A stretch of 64,000 nucleotides of DNA from Eledone cirrhosa (lineage: Eukaryota), in the NCBI GenBank assembly GCA_964016885.1, contig OZ024741.1, positions 202,554,001 to 202,618,000 of the forward strand, written 5' to 3'. The position numbers and the translations under genes are program-made. The notes under the pieces are model-generated. The model did no database searches. It was not told the DNA's origin and worked only from the letters and a program-made list of their open reading frames with translations. Below are positions 1-10,200 of the stretch, in pieces; position 1 is the stretch's first letter, and each line of letters starts with the position of its first letter.

Positions 1-1457
1 GGTTCGGACCGGACCTCCAGATGGAGAAAAACTGGAACGAGGTGACGAGCAGGGTGGCCTCCCTCACCCAGAAATGGGCCGAGAGGAAGATGTCCCTGAA
101 AGGCCGGGCGGAGGTGGCGAATGCGTACACCGCATCCGTCATCTGCTACCGCCTCACCGTCGTCCCTTGCTCCAGCCCAACTCTCACCAAAATGGAGCGA
201 CTCCTCTTCTGCTTTTTGTGGAAGGGACGCGCTCCCATGGTCAGACGATCCATCTGCTGTCAACACCCGTTGCGCGGAGGACTGGGCATGCCATGGCTGA
301 TGATGCGCAAACATGCGCTGAGGCTGCGACATCTCTGGTGCTTCCTTGATGGTGAACAGGTGTGGTCGCCGTTCGCCAGGCACGTTTTCCCACAGCTCGT
401 CTCCTTGACGGAGCTGCAGTCCTGGGTCAGAAAAAGACCGAGGGATAGCGCTTGGAAATTGGAATGTCTCCAGGCGCTCACTGCCCTCTGCCAGCTGGGC
501 ACCAGTATCGGTGGAACATCCACCTCGGCGTTCTATAGAGGACTAGTGGAGGGGAAGAGCGACGACATTCTCGGAGAGATCCTGGGCGTCGAAGAAGATC
601 AGCTGTTTGCTCTCTTCCGGAGAACTTTCAGCCCGGGGCCTATGGATAACTTCCAAAAATCCTTGGCCTGGCAGTGCTACCGGGGAGCGTTGCCGGTTCG
701 AGATAAGCTCTACAGGCACGGAAGTGCCGTCAGCCGAGCCTGCCGAGATGCGCGCAGAGCGACGAAACCGTCGTGCACGCACTCATTCAGTGCCCGAGCA
801 TTGCTGACTTGTGGAGCTATGTCGAACAGTTGCTGTCGCGTGTAGGACTGATCCGGTTGTCGACTGAGTCCATTGTGCAGATGGTCTCGCCGTCTTCCTT
901 CGAGGAGGAAGGGCAGGCGGTTTTCATCTGCCTGGTGGCCATGGCGAAAGAGATTGTCTGGTGGACAAGGTTAAAAGAGTTAAAGACAGACACTTTCCTC
1001 TTCGGCGAATCCCTAATTAACTTTTTCAAGTTTCACTTGAAGAGGAAAATCAGGGTGGAGAGGCAAGTGCTGCTTTCTAGCAAGTTTGTTGAAAGGTGGG
1101 TGAATGTAGCGAGAATGGTCCGAGTGAACGGGACCACTCTGAATATACGTCTGTAGTTTGAGAAATAGAAAAATTGAGAGAGGGCGCTTGCCCTGGTGGT
1201 CAGGGTGGCCGTGGTCTTTTGTGTGGTTTTCGCCACGAGTAACCCTCGGAGGTTTCTCCCCTATTGGGGAATTTTTCATTGTTTCAATTTTCATTTTTAT
1301 TGTTTATATATATATATATATGTTTCTATGTCCTTTTTTTTCTTTTCTTATATAAATAATAAAAAAAATATTTACACGCACAAAACCCACATCGTACCGT
1401 CCTGTTCCGTCTGTGATGTTTTTCTTGATGTCAGCCCTTGTGGCCAATAAAGAAATC
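1..1457 (+). mobile_element. Tx1-clade LINE, copy 1 (3' part; diverged subfamily)
   Basis: ORFs 21..845 and 773..1156 align with the C-terminal part of the 1139-aa ORF2. A 1-nt deletion near 744 shifts the frame in the CxxC zinc finger. The 3' UTR ends AATAAAAGAAATC followed by (ATT)n, as in copies 2 and 3. Confidence 0.9.
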
Positions 1458-1494
1458 ATTATTATTATTATTATTATTATTATTGTTGTTATTA
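1458..1494. repeat. (ATT)n microsatellite at the Tx1/Dong junction
   Basis: Direct reading. Confidence 0.95.
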
Positions 1495-1790
1495 CTCCTT
1501 GAGTCTCAGTCATTGATGTTAGTTAACTGGAAAGTTTGTTGGAATGAATATTAAGCCACTACCTGCAGCCTCAGATATTCAGGACGTATCGGAGGGTTCT
1601 TGCTGTTCCCAGCAAGCATGCCTTTTGAAGCGTTCCAAAAAGTGTGAAGGGGCCGATTTTCTTTAACCATCCCTGGAAACTTTTGGAGATAGTCCCTAGT
1701 GCGCCTATGACAATCGGGATCACTTTGACTTCATGGCAGTTCCAAATCCTTTTTACCTCCCACTTTAAGTCCTGGTATCGGTTAATTTTT
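1495..1790 (-). mobile_element. 5'-truncated R4/Dong-like RLE non-LTR retrotransposon fragment
   Basis: Hand translation of the minus strand gives KINRYQDLKWEVKRIWNCHEVKVIPIVIGALGTISKSFQGWLKKIGPFTLFGTLQKACLLGTARTLRYVLNI* (stop at 1573-1571), typical of an RLE C-terminus. (TAA)n flanks both ends. Confidence 0.8.
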
Positions 1791-2028
1791 TATTATTATT
1801 ATTATTATTGAATGCTATGGTTGACGGAGGCTCTGCTCTGTAAGGTATTGTAAATTTTGAACACTATAACAATTGTAAATTGTTTAAAACTTTAACGAAC
1901 TTGTAGACAAAAACACCCTCCTCCTCGTGAGAGGGGTCTTTCTGCCCGTTATTTGGCCCTTCGGGGTTAAATAACTGCTTATTGGGGTTTTGTAACAATA
2001 TTTATTTTAAACAAAAAAAAAAAACAAC

Positions 2029-4083
2029 ATGGCTACGAAAAAGAAATTTCATAGGTCACTCCCACTCATTCCGTCTTCTTCTTCCTCAATCATCACTACA
2101 GCAGAGAGAAGATTGTCTCTCTCCCTCCCTTCTCTTTCGCAAGCGACGAAAGAAAAGAAAAGTCTCGTGCAAAGCGTGCAAGGTTTCTCCACGACGACAG
2201 CGACGAAACAGGTGTGCGGGAAATACGAAAACCCAGTTCATTCGTCTGACGTCAGGAATAATAGCAGTAGCAGCCGTAATAACAACAGCAACAGTGACAA
2301 TGAAAACGACAGTAGCAGCCGCAACAGCATCACCAGCAGCATAAACAACAACAGCATTAGCAGCAGCAACACCAACAACAACCACAGCAACAGCGGCTGA
2401 GGCAGTAGTCGTAGTACCTGCAGCAACAACAAAAGTAACAGCAGCTCTGACGACAACAACAACAACAGCAGCAAAGAAAAACCAATCTCATTTGCAGGTA
2501 TTGCGAAAAACTTGGAAACAATCCTCATAACAAATGAGGAATTAGAGGAAGCGAAGAAGATGGTGACAAAGACTGGACACCGAGCAATCTGCAAGGCAGC
2601 GGAAATTTGTTTCGAAACCCAAGAGCACTGTACGGTCACGTACCGTACAGTAAGTACAAAATCCCGTAGGGTGGAAAGAGCCACAGAGGCTCAAATACAA
2701 AAAGCCTTGGGGTCTGTGTGGCAGCGGAAAACGCACATCACCCGAGGCAAAAAATATGCCACCGTAGACGTACTTTTTGCCACACCCCAGGAGGCAAAGG
2801 CCCAATCCGTAGTGACCCTAAGGAGCGAGGAAATGGTGTTGGTGCCCTCCTACTGCGGGCAAAAAATTGTGAGGGTCAAACTGACCCACGTCCCCCCCCG
2901 GGATGGCCCCTTCTTGGCTGGCCGCGTCTGTCCTCGTCGGAATCGAGGACAAAACAACTGTACTGCAAGTACAGAAAAAAGTAAGAGAAGATTGGGTCGG
3001 CACCTCCATTGAGATGCTAATCCAAACCAACCAGGAGTGCATCGAAGCTATCCCGGATGTGATAGACTTCGATAACGGCACTCAACTGCCCATAAGTGTT
3101 GAGGGAAAACGCCCGAAATGCTTTCGCTGTGGATCGAAGACTCACCTCAGGGCCTTCTGCAACGAGAAGACCCTGAGAAAGGAGAAAACCCCCTCCTTCC
3201 GAAACCGGCTCCACGGTTACCAGCAACAGGACAAGCGGCAACCAGGAACGATAGGTCCGTGGCACCCATACCCACGCCACGGAAATCAAAAACAGCAGCA
3301 GCAGTGGAAATATTAACAACAACAACAGCAATACCAAATGCAGCTGCAACAGAGACTCCAGTGCAAACATCACCAACAACAACAAGTGAAAGAATGGAGC
3401 TGGTACCTCTCCCCGACCTCACAGAATCAGACATGGAGTGTGAGGTGGGAGAGAGATGGCAAAAGGTCGTAAGAAGGCACAAACGCAGAAGCAGCGCAAG
3501 GGAGGAAAGAAATGAGAAAAGGGTAAAGTCTACGGCAAAGAGACCCACAGCAGCAACACCACCAACACCATCACCACCCATACTAGCACCACCATCACCA
3601 CCGGCGACAACCCCACCGCCAACAACACCTTCAACACCACCACCACAAGCACCAACATCGCAAACACAACAACAAAACACACACACCCAGCAACAACGAC
3701 AAGAAAATAGCAGAACCACACCCCACCCCCAGAAAAACAAATGCACGGCAATAAATACACACATCAAGAAACTAATGACTTACATAATTGAACACACAGA
3801 CATTTCACAACACGACTACATAATACCAGCACCAATCAAAACGCCAACTAACATAAGACTGCTAAAAATAGCACAGAAACAATACACAAACATTAAAACG
3901 AAATTCCCCAACGCAGTTGGTGATTTCAGGGACCTAGGAGGAACTATCAATCGAAGAGTATATTCAGACATTCTCATAGAAGAGCCGACGACCAGCCGAA
4001 GGGACGATTCAACGGTCCCTTCACCAGGCGATCAAGTGAAAAGGGATGTAAAAACCATCCCTCCTCTACGAAAAGTACGGTAA
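2029..4083 (+). pseudogene. Tx1 ORF1 (gag-like, CCHC knuckle), disrupted
   Basis: TGA at 2398-2400 (GGA in copy 3), C8 frameshift at 2892-2899, and a C5 versus C6 deletion near 3190. The knuckle CFRCGSKTHLRAFC is retained. Confidence 0.85.
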
Positions 4084-4118
4084 GTGGTCTTTCCCATCTT
4101 TTCCACTCTATTTTAAAC

Positions 4119-7100
4119 ATGACCTCACTCAGAATAGGCAGCATAAATGCGCGTGGCTTGGGGTCGTCATGGAAGCAGGGTCACCTGCTCAACGACCTCA
4201 GGTCACTAAACATAGATGTAGTGGCCATCAGCGAGACCAGAATCTCCGAAGCACGGGCCTTCGCACCGATCTTCGGCGGCTACGATGTGTACGCATCTCC
4301 CAGCCGTCCTGGATCGGGGGGAGGAGTTGCTGTGCTTTTTCGGAGAGGTTTGGATCTCGCCATACGGGCCATCTTCCTGGACCCAGAGGGTAAGCTGGTG
4401 GTGCTGGACGTGACCAGCGGAGACGGGCAAGCTTTCAGGCTAGTGGCCGTCTATGCCCCGACAGGAGCAGGGCGGCCTGATTTCTTCCGGCGTCTGGAGA
4501 CCTTTCTTGGAACGTCCCGCTCTTTAGTGTTAGTGGGCGACTGGAACGGGATCTTAGATGCACGCTGGGACTGTGTGGGATTAGCGGATAGGGGTGGAGG
4601 GTGCAAGAGCCTCACCAACCTGCTCAGGCGTTTTGAACTGTCTGACAGGTACCGATTGGATTTCCCGAATGTGCCAATGTGGACTTGGACAAACCGCATA
4701 GGGTCATCCAGATCATATCTAGATAGAGTATTTTGTAGGGAAATAGATAGGTCTAGCATAGGCTGTCCACAATTCAAGATAGTCAGCTACACGGACCACA
4801 AATTCGTGACCTGTATGCTTGACTTAGATAGGCTTCATAGACGAGGACCCGGCTACTGGAAGCTAAACGCGTCCTTACCAGCGCGCAAGGCCTACAGAGA
4901 CCGGATTAGCGAACTAGTTAAGCGGGCGTTGACGGGGGCCATCGTCAACAACAAGTGGTGGTTTGCTCTGAAAAGAGCGATTAGAATAGAATCGATTAGG
5001 TTTAGTAAGGCTTTAGCAATAGAGAAAAATAGAGCAGAGGGAGAACTAGTTAGAAAATTAGACGAGGCGCTTAGCAAAGGCATTGCGACCGACGTGCTTG
5101 CGGCGAAATTGGCCCTTGACCAATTCTTCAATGCAAAGCACGAAGGCTGCGTTGTCAGAGCTAGGGTGCGTGCTCTCAGACACGAGGGGACGAAAGCCGT
5201 TCAATGGGCCCGAGTGGCGGAGGCGCGTCGTGGCAACAAAGCCACGATCCGGTCTTTGGTGGACCACGACGGGCGCATGCTACTCGATCCCGGGCAAATG
5301 TGTGAAGCTTTTCAGCGACACTTCGCTCAGCTGTTCGGGGGCAGCGGGGGGCCGGGTAGAGGGATGGACTTTAGTGTCTACCTCGACGGACTGCCGCGGC
5401 TCTCGGCCACTGAGGCGAAGTGTTGCGAAAAGCCGATAACAGCCGCTGAAGTAAGGGAGGCAATGACTGGCTGCACAAGGGGCAAATCGCCTGGTTTGGA
5501 TGGTCTGCCCTATGAACTTTACGTACAGATGCCAGACTTGTTCGGAGGCCTCTTGGCGGACGTCTACTGCAACTGGCAACAGAACGGGAGAATTCCCAGT
5601 TCTGTGAGCCGAGGAGCGGTGGCACTGCTGAGAAAGGATCCGAACAAGGGGGATAACATAGACAATTTCCGGCCCATAACTCTGCTAAACACAGAGTTTA
5701 AGATTTTGGCCAAGGTGCTAGCAAAGAGGTTGGCGCTTGTCGTTGGTGGTCTGGTGGGAGAGGCGCAGACATGCGCCATTCCCGACAGATCCATCCACGA
5801 CAACCTCCACCTCATGCGATACATCGTAGAGAGGGTAGCTAGGGAACCTGGCACGGGTGGGTCCTTGATCAATTTAGATCAGTCGAAAGCTTTCGATAGG
5901 GTCGACCATCGTTACCTAGCGGCAGTCCTGAGGGCGGCTGGCTTTGGGCCCGTCTTCAGAGGCTGGATCGCTGCCATGCACAGCGACATCTGCTCTGTGG
6001 TGAGAGTGAACGGTCACCTGTCGGAACCGTTCAACATCATGCGCTCGGTCCGCCAAGGATGTCCCCTCTCGTCCCTCTTGTACGTATTGACTCTCGAGCC
6101 ATTACTGCACAAACTGGAGACGTTGAGGGGAGTCCCGCGCGAACTAGGATGCGGAAGATCCGTGTCAGCATATGCGGACGATGTCACTGTAGTGGTGTCG
6201 AACGCCAAACACATCGAGGCGATCGGCACTACACTAAGAGAATACGAAGCGGTGACAGGAGCAATGATCAACCAGGAAAAGTCAGTGGGCCTGCAGCTCG
6301 GCACCTGGAGAGGCAGGTCCATGCCGTCCAACAGCGTCGTCGGGCGCTGGACGGACGGACCGGTTAAATTGCTAGGGGTCTGGTTCGGTCCGGACCTCCA
6401 GACGGACAAAAACTGGGACGAGGTGACGAGCAGGGTGGCTTCTCTCACCCAGAAATGGGCGGAGAGGAAGCTATCCCTGAAAGGTCGAGCGGAGGTGGCT
6501 AACGCGTACATCGCGTCTGTCATCTGCTACCGCCTGATCGTCGTACCTTGTCCTAAGCCTCGCCTGACTGCGCTGGAGCGTTTGCTCTTTCGCTTTTTGT
6601 GGAAGGGACGTGCTCCGATGGTCAGGCGGTCCATCTGTTGTCAACACCCGCTGCGTGGAGGGCTGGGCATGCCGTGGCTGATGATGCGCAGGCACGCGCT
6701 CAGGCTACGACATCTCCACCTCTTCCTCGACGGTGATCAGGTGTGGTCGCCGTTTGCTAGACGCGTTTTTCCCCAGCTCGTTTCCTTGACGGAGCTGCAG
6801 TCCTGGGTCAAGCGAAGACCGAGAGGGAGCGCCTGGAGACTGGAATGTCTTCAGGCGCTCACAGCCCTCGACCAATCGGGCAATGTGATCGGTGGAAACT
6901 CCACCTCGGCGTTCTATAGAGGATTAGTGGAGGGGAAGAGCGACGACGTACTTGGGGAAACTCTAGGCGTCGACGAAAATCAACTAGCCAATCTCTTCGG
7001 AAGAACTTTCGGGCCAGGGCCTATGGACAACTTCCAGAAATCTCTGGCCTGGCAGTGCTACCGAGGAGCCTTGCCAGTTCGGGATAAACTCTACAGGCAT

Positions 7101-7538
7101 GGAGGTGCCGTCAGCCGGGCATGTCCGAGATGCGCGCAGGGCGACGAAACCGTCCTGCACGCACTCGTCCAGTGTCCGAAAATTGCTGACTTGTGGGTTT
7201 ATGTCGAACACCTGCTGTCGCGTTTAGGACGGATCCAGCTATCATCTGAGTCTATCGTGAGGATTGCCCCGCCCTCCTCCTTTAGCCGGGAAGGGCAGGC
7301 AGTTTTTATCTGTCTGGTGGCCATGGCGAAAGAGATAGTATGGTGGACACGTTTGAAAGGGCTGAAGACGAGCACTTACCTCTTCGGTGATGCTCTGATT
7401 GACTTTTTCAAATTTCATTTGAAAAGGAAAATCAGAGTAGAGAAGGAAGTGCTCTCTTCCCAGCATTTTGTTGAAAGATGGGTGAGAGAAGCAAGAATGG
7501 CCCGAGTGAATGGGCCGACTCTGAGTATATATCTGTAA
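4119..7538 (+). CDS. Tx1 ORF2: APE endonuclease + reverse transcriptase + C-terminal Zn finger, 1139 aa, intact
   Basis: Endonuclease motifs SINARGL, ISETR, VYAP, GDWN, YLDR, TDH; GPGYWKLN; RT motifs SPGLDG, FRPITLLN, LDQSKAFDRV, RQGCPLS, YADD; CPRC...HALVQC. Confidence 0.96.
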   Translation: MTSLRIGSINARGLGSSWKQGHLLNDLRSLNIDVVAISETRISEARAFAPIFGGYDVYASPSRPGSGGGVAVLFRRGLDLAIRAIFLDPEGKLVVLDVTSGDGQAFRLVAVYAPTGAGRPDFFRRLETFLGTSRSLVLVGDWNGILDARWDCVGLADRGGGCKSLTNLLRRFELSDRYRLDFPNVPMWTWTNRIGSSRSYLDRVFCREIDRSSIGCPQFKIVSYTDHKFVTCMLDLDRLHRRGPGYWKLNASLPARKAYRDRISELVKRALTGAIVNNKWWFALKRAIRIESIRFSKALAIEKNRAEGELVRKLDEALSKGIATDVLAAKLALDQFFNAKHEGCVVRARVRALRHEGTKAVQWARVAEARRGNKATIRSLVDHDGRMLLDPGQMCEAFQRHFAQLFGGSGGPGRGMDFSVYLDGLPRLSATEAKCCEKPITAAEVREAMTGCTRGKSPGLDGLPYELYVQMPDLFGGLLADVYCNWQQNGRIPSSVSRGAVALLRKDPNKGDNIDNFRPITLLNTEFKILAKVLAKRLALVVGGLVGEAQTCAIPDRSIHDNLHLMRYIVERVAREPGTGGSLINLDQSKAFDRVDHRYLAAVLRAAGFGPVFRGWIAAMHSDICSVVRVNGHLSEPFNIMRSVRQGCPLSSLLYVLTLEPLLHKLETLRGVPRELGCGRSVSAYADDVTVVVSNAKHIEAIGTTLREYEAVTGAMINQEKSVGLQLGTWRGRSMPSNSVVGRWTDGPVKLLGVWFGPDLQTDKNWDEVTSRVASLTQKWAERKLSLKGRAEVANAYIASVICYRLIVVPCPKPRLTALERLLFRFLWKGRAPMVRRSICCQHPLRGGLGMPWLMMRRHALRLRHLHLFLDGDQVWSPFARRVFPQLVSLTELQSWVKRRPRGSAWRLECLQALTALDQSGNVIGGNSTSAFYRGLVEGKSDDVLGETLGVDENQLANLFGRTFGPGPMDNFQKSLAWQCYRGALPVRDKLYRHGGAVSRACPRCAQGDETVLHALVQCPKIADLWVYVEHLLSRLGRIQLSSESIVRIAPPSSFSREGQAVFICLVAMAKEIVWWTRLKGLKTSTYLFGDALIDFFKFHLKRKIRVEKEVLSSQHFVERWVREARMARVNGPTLSIYL

Positions 7539-7798
7539 ACTAAAGGTGGAAAACTGGGAGAGGGCACTTGCCTTGGTGGTCAGGGTCATTGTGGCTTTTT
7601 ACTGGGCTTTCTCCACAAATGTCCCTCCGAAGTCTCCCCCCTATTGGGCAATTTTTCATTGTTATTTTCATTGTTATTTTTGTTACATCCTCTGTTTTTG
7701 TTTTTTTACACGCAGAAATGCCCATTTGTACCGTCCTGCATTGTCCTGCACTGTCCTTAATGTCTACTTTATGTAAACCCTTGTGGTTAATAAAGAAA

Positions 7799-7800
<2 letters not shown>

Positions 7801-7848
<48 letters not shown>
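7801..7848. repeat. (ATT)16 spacer between Tx1 copies 2 and 3
   Basis: Direct reading. Confidence 0.97.
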
Positions 7849-8064
7849 GAATGCCATGTTTGACGGAGGCTCGGCTCTGTAAGGTATAGTAATTTTTAAC
7901 CGTTAAAACAATTGTAAATTGTTTAAAACTTGAACCAAATTGTTTATAAAGACACCCTCGTCCTCGTGAGAGGGGTCTTTCTGTCCGTTATTTGGCCCTT
8001 CGGGGTTAAATAACCAGTTATTGGGGTTTTGTACCCAAAATTTCATTTTAAACAAAAAAACAAC

Positions 8065-10165
8065 ATGGCTACGAAAAAGAAATTTCATACGTCACTCCCA
8101 CTCATTCCGTCTTCTTCTTCCTCAATCATCACTACAGCAGAGAGAAGATTGTCTCTCTCCCTCCCTTCTTTAAATGTGTCTCTCTCCCTCCCTTCTCTTT
8201 CGCAAGTGACGAAAGAAAAGAAAAGTCTCGTGCAAAGCGTGCAAGGTTTCTCCACGACGACGACGACGACAGCGACGAAACAGGTGTGCGGGAAATACGA
8301 AAACCCAGTTCATTCGTCTGACGTCAGGAATAATAGCAGTAGCAGCCGTAATAACAACAGCAACAGTGACAATGAAAACAACAGTAGCAGCCGCAACAGC
8401 ATCACCAGCAGCATAAACAACAACAGCATTAGCAGCAGCAACACCAACAACAACCACAGCAACAGCGGCGGAGGCAGTAGTCGTAGTACCTGCAGCAACA
8501 ACAAAAGTACCAGCAGCTCTGACGACAACAACAACAGCAGAGAAAAACCAATCTCATTTGCAGGTATTGCGAAAAACTTGGAAACAATCCTCATAACAAA
8601 TGAGGAATTAGAGGAAGCGAAGAAGATGGTGACAAAGAACGGACACCGAGCAATCTGCAAGGCAGCGGAAAAATTTTTCGAAACCCAAGAGCACTGTACG
8701 GTCACGTACCGTACAGTAAGTACAAAATCCCGTAGGGTGGAAAGAGCCACAGAGGCCCAAATACAAAAAGCCTTGGGGTCTGTGTGGCAGCGGAAAACGC
8801 ACATCACCCGAGGCAAAAAATATGCCACCGTAGACGTACTTTTTGCCACACCCCAGGAGGCAAAGGCCCAATCAGTAGTGACCCTAAGGAGCGAGGAAAT
8901 GGTGTTGGTGCCCACCTACTGTGGGCAAAAAATTGTGAGGGTCAAACTGACCCACGTCCCCCCCCGGAATGACCCCTTCTTGGCTGGCCGCGTCTGTCCT
9001 CGTCGGAATCGAGGACAAAACAACTGTACTGCAAGTACAGAAAAAAGTAAGAGAAGATTGGGTCGGCTCCTCCATTGAGATGCTAATCCAAACCAACCAG
9101 GAGTGCATCGAAGCTATCCCGGATGTGATAGACTTCGATAACGGTACTCAACTGCCCATAAGTGTTGAGAGCAAACGCCCGAAATGCTTTCGCTGTGGAT
9201 CGAAGACTCACCTCAGGGCCTTCTGCAACGAGAAGACCCTGAGAAAGGAGAAAACCCCCCTCCTTCCGAATCCGGCTCCACGGCTACCAGCAACAGGACA
9301 AGCGGCAACCAGGAACGATAGGCCCGTGGCACCCATACCCACTCCACGGAAATCAAAAACAGCAGCAGCAGTGGAAATACTAACAACAACAACAGCAATA
9401 CCAAATGCAGCTGCAACAGAGACTCCAGTGCAAACATCACCAACAACAACAAGTGAAAGAGTGGAGCTGGTACCCCTCCCCGACCTCACAGAATCAGACA
9501 TGGAGTGTGAGGTGGGAGAGAGATGGCAAAAGGTCGTAAGAAGGCACAAACGCAGAAGCAGCGCATCGTCGCCTTTGAAAAGGGAGGAAAGAAATGAGAA
9601 AAGGGTAAAGTCTACTGCAAAGAGACCCACAGCAGCAACAACACCAACACCATCACCACCCACACTAGCACCACCATCACCACCGGCGACAACCCCACCG
9701 CCAACAACACCTTCAACACCACCACCACAAGCACCAACATCGCAAACACAACAACAAAACACACACACCCAGCAACAACGACAAGAAAATAGCAGAACCA
9801 CACCCCACCCCCAGAAAAACAAATGCACGGCAATAAATACACACAACAAGAAACTAATGACTTACATAATTGAACACACAGATATTTCACAACAGGACTA
9901 CATAATACCAGCACCAATCAAAACGCCAACTAACATAAGACTGCTAAAAATAGCACAGAAACAATACACAAATATTAAAACGAAATTCCCCAACGCAGTT
10001 GGTGATTTCAGGGACCTAGGAGGAACCATCAATCGAAGAGTATACTCAGACATTCTCTTAGAAGAGCCGACGACCAGCCGAAGGGACGATTCAACGGTCC
10101 CTTCACCAGACGATCAAGTGAAAAGGGATGTAAAAACCATCCCTCCTCTACCAAAAGTACGGTAA
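8065..10165 (+). CDS. Tx1 ORF1 (N/S-rich N-terminus, CCHC knuckle, P/T/Q-rich C-terminus) in two frames joined at a C8 run
   Basis: ORF1a from ATG 8065 to 9078 and ORF1b 8969..10165 overlap at C8 (8958-8965). Removing one C gives KLTHVPPGMTPSWL. No other lesion was seen. Confidence 0.75.
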
Positions 10166-10200
10166 GTGGTCTTTCCCATCTTTTCCACTCTATTTTAAAC

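Larger units (their letters stand above)
1810..7800 (+). mobile_element. Tx1-clade LINE, copy 2 (full length)
   Basis: 5' end GAATGC follows (ATT)n, then ORF1 and ORF2. The 3' end AATAAAGAAATC is followed by (ATT)16. Confidence 0.93.

Noticed and set aside
1915-1945. HDV-like ribozyme in the Tx1 5' UTR (TCCTCGT resembles the L3 loop)
   Set aside because: The flanking bases do not form P3 in either copy, and no P1/P1.1 could be built by eye. Kept only as a structured UTR.
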